Shown piece by piece: positions 26,316 through 37,135 of a stretch of 64,000 nucleotides of DNA. Both the position numbers and the translations under genes were made by a program. The stretch lies in assembly GCA_965153285.1 (NCBI GenBank), contig OZ229129.1. The stretch is one strand, 5' to 3'. A model generated the notes under the pieces. The model was not told where the DNA came from, did no database searches, and worked only from the letters and a program-made list of their open reading frames with translations. The stretch's first letter is position 1; the number at the start of each line of letters is the position of its first letter. Origin of the DNA: Podarcis tiliguerta. Taxonomy: Eukaryota.

Positions 26316-26999
26316 TGAGTGAGCTATGGTAATCTATTCCCATAAACAAAAAAAAAAGTAAAATTTAGTGGTGTTACCCACAGTGGCTGGAAAAATCCCC
26401 AATGAAAACTAGAGATAAAAGAGGCAAGACAAAGCCTAAAAGGCTACAAAGTGAAAGCTTGCTAGGGTAATTACCTCAAGAAAGCTTAGAGCTACTGCTA
26501 CTGTTTTTGCAGCTGTCAAGTGAACTGAGAAGGGCAGCACTCATCCTGCTACCTTGAGGCATGCACAGAGAATCACAGAGCTCTTCCTAAGGGGAGGAGC
26601 AGGACAGCCTGCTCCTTAGCTCTTCCGGAGTTGTATTCTACATGGCCATAGAACTGCTTGCTGGACTACACTGAGGTCACAAAGAAGTAAACAAAAGTAA
26701 CATGCAAATGAGTATCATGTATGCAAGTGTTCCAAGGTTACCTGCAAGATACTTCACTGTGCATACAGCTAGAGAGATATTCAGCACACTACAACTGGAA
26801 AGTGATACTGAGTTCAATTAGATTGCCCTATGTTGGCTCAAAATGAATAAAATAAATAAAACCTGCAGCAGCTTCGTATGCTTTGAGGTTTTTCTTTAGT
26901 CCATGCCATCTACAGAGCACCAAAGAGACTATTATCCCTTGCTAAATATAACTATGTTAAAATTTCACCTGAGAGGATGATAATGTGCTCTCACTAGCC

Positions 27000-28400
27000 A
27001 GTGATCCAGGACGGTCACACATTTAAACAGAAATGGTGCTCAACCTACTACACTTCATTACGGTTCAGCGCTTGGTACAGCTCTAGTGGGATTTTCACAT
27101 GGTCGACCTTAAGAAAAGTTCAGCCTTTGATCAAGGTTTAGAGCTCCTGGAACAGCAGTGGTAACACGAAAGCGTTTCCATTTTCTGTGCCATAAGGTGC
27201 CTCTGTTGATCTCCTTAAAGCCCTAGAGTTTTCTTCCAAGCCCGGATTACGCTCAGCAATTAAGGTAATGAACTAGCTGAGGTAACAAGGCATAATGATC
27301 TCTTTTGTCCTTTGAATTCTTATGAACTTCCCTTGTTCACAATGAGGAAAAGCCAAACATGCTAGATGCAGTTTAAAGCTATGGGTGGTGTTGTGTGGTT
27401 TTTTGTTTTGTTTTTTAAAAAGGGAGAGACAGATTACTTCCATTATGCCTTCATGGTTTGACGTTTTTAATTTAAAACACCTGTAATATTTAAGCACACC
27501 AAAATACTCACACTCTGAGTATGCTAGCTTACATTCTTGTAATATTTTGACACGTTGCAAGTTATTATTTTAATGCCTGAAAAGATAATGTGATGAATCC
27601 ACTGAAAATACATCAAAATATATGTATGTGGGCCTGTGTCTCACTTTTTAGTTCCAAAACAGTGAATTCTTACAAAATAAATACCCAAAGCGTACAACAG
27701 CAGGCGTGCACAGCTAAGAATGATTGAGACTGCACAGAGGAAGAACAATAATGAGAAGACCACAAGCACATTTACTGCAATCCACTAAGTGTTGCTTCTG
27801 CGCAATCTCCGTTCATTTCAAGAGGGGGCGATGCTGGAGAAACGCATGGCAGCACTCAGTGGGCTGCAAACATTTTCTGTCTGTCCACAGCAGAACTTTG
27901 ACATCAAATCAACTCTTCGTCATTAATGTGCTTTTTCTAGAGAAGAATCAGTTCCGAACAGAGATATCCAAATAGAAGAAGGTCCACTTCAAGATTTTAT
28001 TTACTTATTTGGAAGCAGCTGGCCTACTATTTATTCTTTTTTTTTTTTACTTCCCCACCCCCCTTTTTTTGCATGCTATAAACCTTTTTCCTGTGCTTTG
28101 CAGAATCCACTGCACTCTGATCTTTCATNNNNNNNNNNNNNNNNNNNNNNNNNNNNNNNNNNNNNNNNNNNNNNNNNNNNNNNNNNNNNNNNNNNNNNNN
28201 NNNNNNNNNNNNNNNNNNNNNNNNNNNNNNNNNNNNNNNNNNNNNNNNNNNNNNNNNNNNNNNNNNNNNNNNNNNNNNNNNNNNNNNNNNNNNNNNNNNN
28301 NNNNNNNNNNNNNNNNNNNNNNNNNNNNNNNNNNNNNNNNGACCTCGCTGCACCGTGGCCGAAATGACTACTAAAAGCATCACGGAGACGGAATTCCATT
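27000..28400. promoter_or_regulatory. cluster of candidate conserved elements, including the flanks of N run 28129-28340
   Basis: Repeat-free and CpG-retaining; CTTTGAT/ATCAAA (TCF-like), TAAT and CATTAATG motifs. Confidence 0.45.
28129..28340. other. N run, 212 nt
   Basis: Directly visible. Confidence 0.99.
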
Positions 28401-30347
28401 ACTTATTTTTTTAAAAGTTCTCCCATGCCCCTAATGTAATATTCTTTGGGGACTGTTGTCAAGGATACCAAGCACCAGCCATTAAGACCTTTTGTTTCCC
28501 CAAGGCATTTTGTCTTTTATTAATAAATAAATAAAGATAAAGGGAAGCTCATTCTCTCTCCCCACCACCACCCTGGAAACACAGCCTGTGTATTCTATCT
28601 GAGACGTTGCAGACTGGGAGTCACACATGTAAGGAAAGGACAAGCATGTTTCATGCTATAAAGTCATCATTTAAAAAACAACAAGATTTTCAAAAGGGCA
28701 TTTATTTGCAATTAACTGCACATATTCTACCATTGCGCCTGCAATGAATAGAGAGGCTCAGATCTACACAGGCACAGATGAAGGCAGCAGGGGTTTCAAG
28801 AAAGCAGGGGATAATGAGAATGAAACCCATCCTCCTTCCGACCAAAGAAAATGAAGAATTTGTCAACAGGAATCCCCAAAACTGGCACAAGAGGAATGCA
28901 AACTGCAAATTCTCCAACAAAGGTTGCAGGTTCTCCCATGCCAACCACATTGCAGAATCATTCAGGTGACACATTTTAGGATGAGAATCAATTGGTACAT
29001 GACCTATAAATAGCAAGATTTTATTATTGTGCCCCAGAAACTGAAATTCTGAAGACCCTCATCCTCTTCTGGAACCATTATAGTAACTGCAGATTACGAA
29101 ATTAGTGACAGAACAATCTTCTGCACGTGTGAAAACAGACACACTTGTACATACTTCTGCTTATGCATTTCCAAATTGCAGCAGGCTCTCCCCAAATTTA
29201 TTCATATTGGCATTTTGTTTGCCAACAGCAATCAGACAGGTACCCCAGTGAAACGAGGAAGAGTGATGGCAGTATTCACTCCCTTCCACTGGCTCTTTGC
29301 TCTTAAACTCAACAGATACTTGCTCATGCTCAGAACCCAATTCATAGCCACTAGACACTGGCTTTCTATGTTTTTGGCCTTCTAATATAACACACAGCTT
29401 GGCTCATTTGCTTGAGTTGCAGAGTCACTTCATCCACAGGGTTTTCTGGCAAGAAATTTCTTTAATCAATTTGCCACATGCCACAGGTGGAGAATAACTT
29501 TAAATGTTATGGATAGATGACATAGAAGGGCAGTTTGGGCTGTCAAGACAGGTGCCTTTTGGAGATAACCATTCTCTATAGATTTTATCAATGTTTAAAC
29601 AAGACTTTAAAAAGAAGTAAAGAACAACAATCCATTAACAGTATCCTAACCCATTTATTTTTATCTGACTTTTTCTAAAAGATCATGTGTTATGCATCAT
29701 TATGAAATTCTGTAGCAATTTTTACATGGCTTTTTTCCACATTCAGAGATGCCCCTACCAAAAAACAGCGTTGCTTTAGACTTAGAAGACATAAAAAGAT
29801 TCACAAAGGTGGTGGTTGGTGCATCTTGCAATGATAAGGCCAAGTCATAAAAAAACACAAGAAATCTTGGCAAGGGGGGAGGGGACACGTGGGAAGAATT
29901 AACTGAAAACCAAAGATAAACTAGACGTATGATGGAAGAGCACACACAGTAACTGGTACTAATGTTGCAAGAGGAGCACTGCAGAACCTGGGAGCAAAGA
30001 TCTACCTCCCTTCTTAGAAATGCTTCAAATGAATCACCACCACACCTGGGACAGAACTCTAGTCTCCATTCTACCTATCCCACAATGCAGAAATTCAATC
30101 CATCACTGAGATGAAAAATTTGGGGTAGGGGAAGAGGATGATGGTAATATTGCTTGCCATGCCTGGCTCCTCAGTTTCACCAAGGCATCTGCCTGATGGC
30201 TGTCAGCTAACAAAAAGAGAAAATGAATAAGTGTAGAATAGATGCCACAGAAAGCACTTTAAGTGGATGGAACTGAATAGGTAAGGTGTAGTATGGGTCT
30301 TTAGGGGGGGTGTACACACACATTTTTAATGCTATGTGAAGTATGTT

Positions 30348-30455
30348 GTAGGCCAGAAGTAGACAATCTGGTGCCTTCCAGGTGTTGTTGTACTACCACC
30401 ATCCCCAGTCAGCATGGCCAAAGGTCAGGAGATGTAGTTCCATGTTGGCTACTTC
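30348..30455. mobile_element. palindromic MITE, decayed
   Basis: GGTGCCTTCCAGGTGTTGTTGTACTAC...CAGCATGGCCAAAGGTCAGGAGATG...GTTGGCTACTTCTG. Confidence 0.55.
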
Positions 30456-31398
30456 TGCTGTGCATTGTGATGGTAGCCAGATGGAATTCTGTATTGCAAT
30501 TTATTAGTTCAAGAACAAAGGAAAGTTTGCCGCTTAGTGCTACTGCTTGAGGTGGAGTGAGGTGGGGTCAGTGGTGCTTTTAATTTTTTTTTTATTCATC
30601 TTCCGTTGTAATTTTTTGACAAAGACTTTTGACAAAGTCCCCCATGATATTCTCATGAGGAATCTGGTAAAATATGGGTTGAACGATGTAACTGTTAGGT
30701 GGATTTGTTGCTGGTTGACTGACTGAACCCAAAGAGTACTAATGGTTCCTCATCATCCTGGAAAAAAGTGACAAGTGGGGTACTGCAGGGTTCTGTCCTA
30801 GGCCTACTGTTGTTCAGCATCTTATAAATGACTTGGATGAAGTGGGGGGTGAGTGGGGGGTGGGGCTCATTCAATTTGCAGATGGCACCAGCAGATGAGG
30901 GGTAGCGAATGCCGCAGAAGACAGAATCAGAATTCAAAATGACCTTAACAGATTGGAGAACTGGGCACAAGCTAACAAAATGAATTTCAGTAGGGACAAA
31001 TGTAAGGTTCTGCACTTAAGCAGGAAGAACCAGATGTACAAATATAGGATGGGGGACACAATAGCAGTACCACAAGCTTAACATGAGTCAACAGTGTGAT
31101 GCAGCAGCACAAAAAGGTAATGCTATTCTGCGCTGCATCAACAGAAGTATAGTGTCCAGATTAAGGAAAGGAATAGTACCACTCTATTCTGCCTTGGTCA
31201 GACAACACCTAGAATACTGTGTCCAATTCTGGGCACCACAATTTAAGAAGGATGTTACAAGCTGGAGAGTGTGTAGAGGAGGGCAACCAAGATGATCAAG
31301 GCTCTGGAAACCAAGCCTTATGAGAAACGCTTGAAGAAGCTGGGTATGTTTAGCCTGGAAAGGAGGAGATACGATAGCCATATTCAAATATCTTAAGG

Positions 31399-32718
31399 CA
31401 GGGGTCCTCAGACTTTTTAAACAGGGGGCAAGTTCACTGTCCCTCAGACACTGTTAGAGACTGGACTATAATTTGAAAAAAATATGAACAAATTCCTATA
31501 CACACTGTACATAATTTATCTGTGGTGCACAAAAAACAAGAAAAACAATATAATATTTAAAATGAAGAACAATTTTAATCAACATAAACTTATAAGTATT
31601 TCAATGAGAAGGATAGGCCCGCTTTTGGCTAATGAGATGGTCAATATCCAGTTGCATATTTCTCACTGCTAGTTGTAGCAAGTGACGCAAGCAGCTTTTG
31701 GCTTATTCCACCTGCTCATTGCAAGAACTGAGTCATGAAGAAATAGGTTTGCTTTTCCACCTCCTCCCTCCCACTCCTTTTTCCTTTAGTGCTGTGTATT
31801 CCCCATTGTAAGCCTGAGAAGGCGGTTTCTTCGCCGACATCTGCAAGCTGCAATGTGATAACACCCCTACCACACTGCACAACTTTTGTGTTTGTGTGGC
31901 CTAGCAGCATGATTAAAAAACAACAACACTTTTTACTTTGGGGGTTAAAATTAAACTGAAAGTTAATTGGGTCGGCCCCACCTCTGCTTATTTTCTGCGA
32001 AAAGCTAAAAGAGTCCATACTGAGCCCTTACCGAAAACGAAAATCCACCAGCTGGAACTGCCTAGCCAGAATCCAAAATCCAACCAGCAAACAAAGCCTC
32101 CCTTCAGCATCCCAGTCCTTACCCCGTGGAAGCTAAACCAGCGGCCCTCAGGCAGCTCCTGGACTCCATCTCCCTTCAGCCCCTGCTACCAGGTCATTCG
32201 GGGGGGCTGATGGGAGTTGTAGTCCACGAGCAGCCTGAGGGGCCCACAGGCTTCCCACACACATGCCTGAGGCAGGGGGCCTGCGAAGCCCCACGTGAGC
32301 GCCAAGGCTGCAGGGTGTTGAGTGGAGGCTGGCAGGAGCTAAACGCGTTCCCTCAGCCCGCAAGGAGAGGGCTCGCCCGTTCCCAGCGAGGAGAGGCGAC
32401 TAGGCCTCACAGGCCTCACAAAAAGGGGCGGCATTTGTGGGCCAAGGTGGAGCCGGCAAGGGGAGCCGGCTGAGGCCCGTGAGGGGAGAGCGAGCATGTG
32501 GCAGCAAGAGAGAGCAGGCGCGTGAACAGAGGAAGTTGCCAGCCTGGCCCACAAGGCAGCGGCAGCAGCAGCGGGTTTTTTCCTTGGGCCTGGGGGAGCC
32601 TGCCTCCCTGCCTCTTGCACCTGAAGATGCCGGGTGGCGGTGGCAATTGCCGGGCGGGCTGGGTTCAGGACCCTGGTGAGCCAGATCTGACCCGCGGACC
32701 ATAGTTTCAGGATCCCTG
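31399..32718 (-). mobile_element. non-autonomous hAT (Charlie/OC1-like) element carrying unrelated internal sequence, 1320 bp
   Basis: Ends CAGGGGTCCTCAGACT / AGTTTCAGGATCCCTG; perfect 8-bp TSD TCTTAAGG (31391-31398 and 32719-32726); left arm homologous to MITE 11690. Confidence 0.92.
31601..31690 (-). pseudogene. hAT transposase C-terminal remnant
   Basis: LRHLLQLAVRNMQLDIDHLISQKRAYPSH* matches the Charlie-type transposase end (L.LA....PDID.L...KQA..SH*). Confidence 0.8.
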
Positions 32719-33089
32719 TCTTAAGGGCTGTCACATGGGAGAGAGAGCATACTTGTTTTCTCCTGCTCTGGAAGGGAGAGGGTCCCTTCCAACTCTAAGA
32801 TTCTATGATTCTGTTTTCAGTCTATAAAATATCATTTTTACAGTGTTTGGACTCCTTTATCCCTCAAGCTACTTAATTAGATATTATGAACACCTTGGAG
32901 ACAGAAATAATTTTGCATTCAGGCTAAACTGCTGTAAGCTGCTCTGGGCTACAATATGGAGGAGAATGCATTTTTGAATTGGTGTTCAGAGCACCTTTCC
33001 TCGAATCCCAAGTATTGATATACCTAGGATTGAAGAAAATTACCCAAGGACTTAAGACGTGGGGCTTTCCTCAGCATTCTTTATAACAT

Positions 33090-33182
33090 CTGACATTTGC
33101 TGCCTGAGCTTCATGGCTGAGTGGGTATTTGAACCCTGATCTCCCTGGTGCAAATCCAACCTGCTATCCAGTATATCACAAA
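33090..33182 (-). mobile_element. tRNA/CORE SINE head fragment (Squam3/MIR-like)
   Basis: Reverse complement of the head of the SINE at 37136 (TTCATGGCTGAGTGGG.ATTTGAACCCTG.TCTCCC). Confidence 0.6.
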
Positions 33183-34262
33183 GGCTTTGACAGCACTTCA
33201 GCATTGGAGAAGATTCCACATAAGAAGCGAAACTCTAGAGATACTTTCCAACTTCATCACTGGTACTCCACTGAGGGGGCTCTTCCAACATCACATTTTC
33301 CAAAGTATTCTTTCCCCACCTCAGAAAAAGCACTACACCTGAATTTCACCAAGTTTTTTCTTCTGCTGCTGCTGGTAGTGGTACTATGACTATTTCTTCC
33401 CCAAGTGGTCCTTGGGATTGCATCTCCAGTCACCACCACACAAGCCCGAGGGAGGGGGGGGAAGCTGGATACATTTGCCCTGGGCTTCGGAGGGCTAAGC
33501 TGGCTTGGGGGGGGGGGTCCCTGCAAGGGACTGGCTGCTATTTTGCTTCAGTTTATACTGTCAGTATAAACAGCCCCCGCATGTGTCAGCGGAGAGCATA
33601 TAAACACAATATGTTCTGCCCTCATCCCACTCTTTTTGGTGATGTGTTTCTAGGCACTTCTGGGTTTGGCGCTGTGTGCGTGTCTTTTGGACACAAGTTA
33701 CCGGTAATTGGTTAACTTTTATTCAGACAAGACTCCTGACCCAAGCTTGGCATGGGCCTGCTACAACATAAAACCTTTGTGCAGGGATCAGGATGTGAAA
33801 ATTGTATCCATTGTTGTGCATAAAACTCTCTGATAGGTATTAAAAACCCATCCACATGAAAGTATGCTTCTGAAGAGGATCCTGCTTCACTGGCAAGGAC
33901 TAGAGACTCATATTCTTCTTCATCCCAGTGCTACCCTCTCCACTACTAGATCCTACTACCACTAAGGCCATAACCCTAGAAATATGCCCACCTGAAAAGC
34001 AAGCTAGCCTGTGTATCTCCATCTTTCCAGAACAATTTAAAAGCTGAACAGTGTAATGAGCAATGGCCCAGGGACCTTGCAAGTTATGGTTAAGAACTGG
34101 AAAGAGAATTCACTTCAAGATATTTTTTCAAATGGAAAACTACTAGTACCTTGTTTTGTCCCCTACAGCACCTCCATCTCCCCAGCCCCACAGAATAAGA
34201 GGACCCTTTCACCAGTCATCCAGCTCCTCTGGGAAGGTGAAGGTCTAGTAGACTGCATAAGG

Positions 34263-34658
34263 CAGGGGTCGGCAACATGCGGCCCATGGGACAGATGCAG
34301 CCCACGAAGACCATTTTACTGGCCCATGAGCCACCCCCAAACTGAGCCACCCGCTCAGCGAGTCCCCCCCGCGTGCTGTGCTAAACCGGTGCACCGCGGC
34401 TCGGGGACTCGCCAAGCGGTGCTGGAAATTGCGTCTGTGCACATGCAGATACCGGAAACCATGTCTGCGCATGTCCAAATGCTGAAAATCACTTCTGTGC
34501 AGGCGTGGTTTTTGGCATCTGGGCATGCACAGAAGCGATTTCCTGCGCCACGGACATGCACAGACACGATTTCCAGCATCATGCTGCACCAGTCCGGCGC
34601 ACAGACGATCTCTGTGGGAGTGATTCGGCCCATGGCCGGTAAACCTTGCCAACCCCTA
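34263..34658. mobile_element. non-autonomous hAT MITE with inverted internal ~30-bp repeats
   Basis: CAGGGGTCGGCAA...TTGCCAACCCCTA; perfect 8-bp TSD GCATAAGG (34255-34262 and 34659-34666). Confidence 0.92.
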
Positions 34659-34689
34659 GCATAAGGTTTCAGTTGACTCTAGCTCCCTG

Positions 34690-34870
34690 CAGAGACTGTG
34701 GTAGTTGCCTTAACAGAGCCTCTTGGAGCTGTCCAAAGTCCTGTATAGTGTTTGCTATACTAAGACTTGTGACTACACACGTTCTGCTTTCCCGTGACAC
34801 ATGAAACGAACAGGCATTTGAACCTGTGTCCCCCTTATCCAAGGCACACACACTATCCATTGTACCACAG
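34690..34870 (-). mobile_element. decayed tRNA SINE (Squam3-like)
   Basis: GCATTTGAACCTGTGTCCCC.TATCCAAG...ACTATCCATTGTACCACA is a reversed tRNA-like head. Confidence 0.45.
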
Positions 34871-36137
34871 AAGCCAGTTTTGTGGCATAAATGCTCTCAA
34901 CTTCCTTCTTTTTCTTTTATGTTATTTATTTTAAGTGTAAGATGGAAGGAAATTCTGTGTTAAGTCCAGAATTCACACAGTGACTGGAAACATGGAAATT
35001 CTACTCCAGCAAGCCCAATGGCAGAATGCATTAAAGCCTATGCAACAAGGGAAGAGAGTGCTATTGTAGTTTTGCTTCTGGTTTCAACACCACCACCAAC
35101 AAAGTAGAAAGCATTTCAAGGGACTTCAGCACAAAGCTATAGAACTTGCAATATAATAACAGTGCTCATAGGAGGAGAAAGAGAAAAGGCAGCCTGTAAA
35201 AAAGAGAAGAATTATTTTATGCATGCAATGTTTCTGAAAACTGGAGTGGTGTTAATGTGAATTGTTTTTACAGTAAATGTGTTTTACAGTAAAACTGGGT
35301 GTCATAGCCAAAGACTATTCAATGTTTCTCTGCAGGTTAGTGCATCTACAGTAGGCTACAACTGAATGAAGTTGTCACACACTGACATCCAGCTTCAATA
35401 ATATAGCCCCAGCATCAGAAAAGTAGTCCATGAAAACCCTAAGAAAGGCTCAAAAGTTACATCACCTAACCCCCTGCCTTATCAACACTTTCTCACAAAC
35501 CCATTTCCTGCTAAAGTGCTCTTTTTAGCAGAGCAGGTAACAAAGCTGCTAGCCTATCCAACTGCCAAAGCTATCGGAAGAGACGTAGGAATGATGGTAT
35601 GCAACAAGTTTTGAAAATGCAAAAATTAGATCCATTTGAACTTTTAACTACTCTTAAAGTTACTAATACATTTGTTCACTATTCATCCCCTGTGTTATTA
35701 TGTCTATTTGTTTCTAACTTTTGGCATCTAATTGATAATTTAAATGTATATTTTCTATTTTATGCACATATAGGGTGCTATTTATAATATAAATATAGTA
35801 CAACTAACTGAATAAAAGATAAATGTAAACAGTATTACAGTTCTGCCAAACTCATTAGCTTTTTTAAAATTTCTAATCCACAGTTAATACTTTAAAAAAG
35901 TGCTGATCCTTAGCTAGAAAGAAAGCCACCTCCCTCCCCACCCCGTCTAACATATGATGTAACAGGGGTAACTGTCTCTCTTTCAGAAAACTCCTGCCAT
36001 ATTCTCTTGCAGGCACAGTGAATGGAAAAACAAGAGCAGCTGTCAGACCCATTGGCTCAGGGATGGCGCATTGTTGCATGGAGGGGGCCATTTGGTTCTC
36101 TGGGCAGTGGTGTGGGGGCCAGAAAGACGCTTTGCCT

Positions 36138-36404
36138 CTAAACCTGACCCCTCCACAGGTGGTCCGGCTCCATCAGGAACTCTACTGCTTGCTGCCATGT
36201 CACAGAGAGGAAATGGCTTGGTCTTCCCTGGTCTCCTGCACTCCAGAAGGATCCCTCAGTGATCTGGATCAGCCCCTCTGTGCTGCTGCATCTCTGCAGA
36301 TGACAAAAAGAGATGGGAAACCTGCACCAATCTCATCCCTTGCTGCCTCGCCTAGAGGACAGAGGCCTGTCCCTGCCTTCTCGACTTCTGCTCTGTTGCT
36401 CTTC
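36138..36404 (-). CDS. candidate nested gene, terminal exon(s): 36404-36333 (EEQQSRSREGRDRPLSSRRGSKG*) or 36293-36138 (RCSSTEGLIQ...HLWRGQV*)
   Basis: Two phase-0-compatible acceptors, TCCTTTTAACAG and TTTCCCATCTCTTTTTGTCATCTGCAG; which is used is unknown. Confidence 0.3.
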
Positions 36405-36551
36405 CTGTTAAAAGGACCTAATCTTGGCTATGATACCACAACACTAGCCCTCTAGGTCCAACAAACATGTGTCATGGCCACCCAATGGCATGGGGTGGAC
36501 TCCCCTACTTCAAGGTGGAGATTCTTCTCTCCTACCCTGGTAGCATCCTAC

Positions 36552-36659
36552 CTCCACCGCTTTGCCACTGAACTCTTGCAGCAAGTGGGAGATGTCCAAG
36601 GGCTCGAAAGTGCTCTCAACAGCAAGGTCACTGGCCAGGAAGCACTTGGCCTCCAAGAG
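36552..36659 (-). CDS. candidate nested gene, exon 2 (LLEAKCFLASDLAVESTFEPLDISHLLQEFSGKAVE)
   Basis: Pyrimidine tract plus CAG acceptor, 108 nt open in phase 0, donor GAG|GTAGGA. Confidence 0.45.
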
Positions 36660-36737
36660 CTGCTCCGCAGGAAGGAAGGTGCCAAAGACCCGAAACAAGA
36701 GATGAAGGTCAGAGATGGCCACGGGGAGAAAGTACTC

Positions 36738-36845
36738 ATTCATTCAGAGCATTTGTACTCCTCTTTTCAGCCAAAAAGGCTCCCAGAGAGGCTTATACAA
36801 AATCAAAAACAAGACACTCCCTAGTCACAGGCTTACATTCGAATA
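36738..36845 (-). mobile_element. L2-type retroposon tail inside candidate intron 1
   Basis: Reverse-complement homology to 7284-7410. Confidence 0.55.
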
Positions 36846-36967
36846 AACAAACCAACAAACACAAACAGAAGCTTCCTTTGACCATTGATAGCTCTTTGCC
36901 AAACTTGATGATACCATTATTCTACGTCCTAAAGCGAAGTCCCCTGGAAATGCCAACTTTCACTTAC

Positions 36968-36991
36968 CTCCAGGAGTCTTTGAGATGCCAT
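36968..36991 (-). CDS. candidate nested gene, coding exon 1 (MASQRLLE)
   Basis: First ATG downstream of an X-box; Kozak AATATGG; ends at consensus donor GAG|GTAAGT, phase 0. Confidence 0.45.
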
Positions 36992-37086
36992 ATTCTAATC
37001 TAAATAAGCAAGGGTCACTACAGCAAACCTCTGCCAACCTCTCAACGCTGAGGATGCCAGAACCTCAGTTCAAACAGTCACAGCCT

Positions 37087-37101
37087 CCGTTGCTTGGTGA
37101 C
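37087..37101 (-). promoter_or_regulatory. RFX X-box overlapping a MYB site
   Basis: Minus strand GTCACC-A-AGCAAC exactly fits GTNRCC(N0-3)RGYAAC; CAACGG fits YAACKG; about 100 nt upstream of the ATG. Confidence 0.5.
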
Positions 37102-37135
37102 ATGGAACGCACGGCCAGCATGCCAAGATTCCAGG

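Larger units (their letters stand above)
30612..32812 (+). mobile_element. CR1 LINE, 5'-truncated RT to 3' end, split by hAT insertion
   Basis: [50 protein letters not shown]...[15 protein letters not shown] and FKYLK|GCH; ends GGTCCCTTCCAACTCTAAGATTCTATGATTCT. Confidence 0.93.

Noticed and set aside
34420-34590. CRISPR-like regularly spaced repeats
   Set aside because: Eukaryotic DNA; units are tandem or inverted with no unique spacers, inside a TIR/TSD element.
34056-34664. Longest ORF (202 aa) and overlapping minus ORFs
   Set aside because: Runs through the GC-rich repetitive hAT MITE; no protein-like features.
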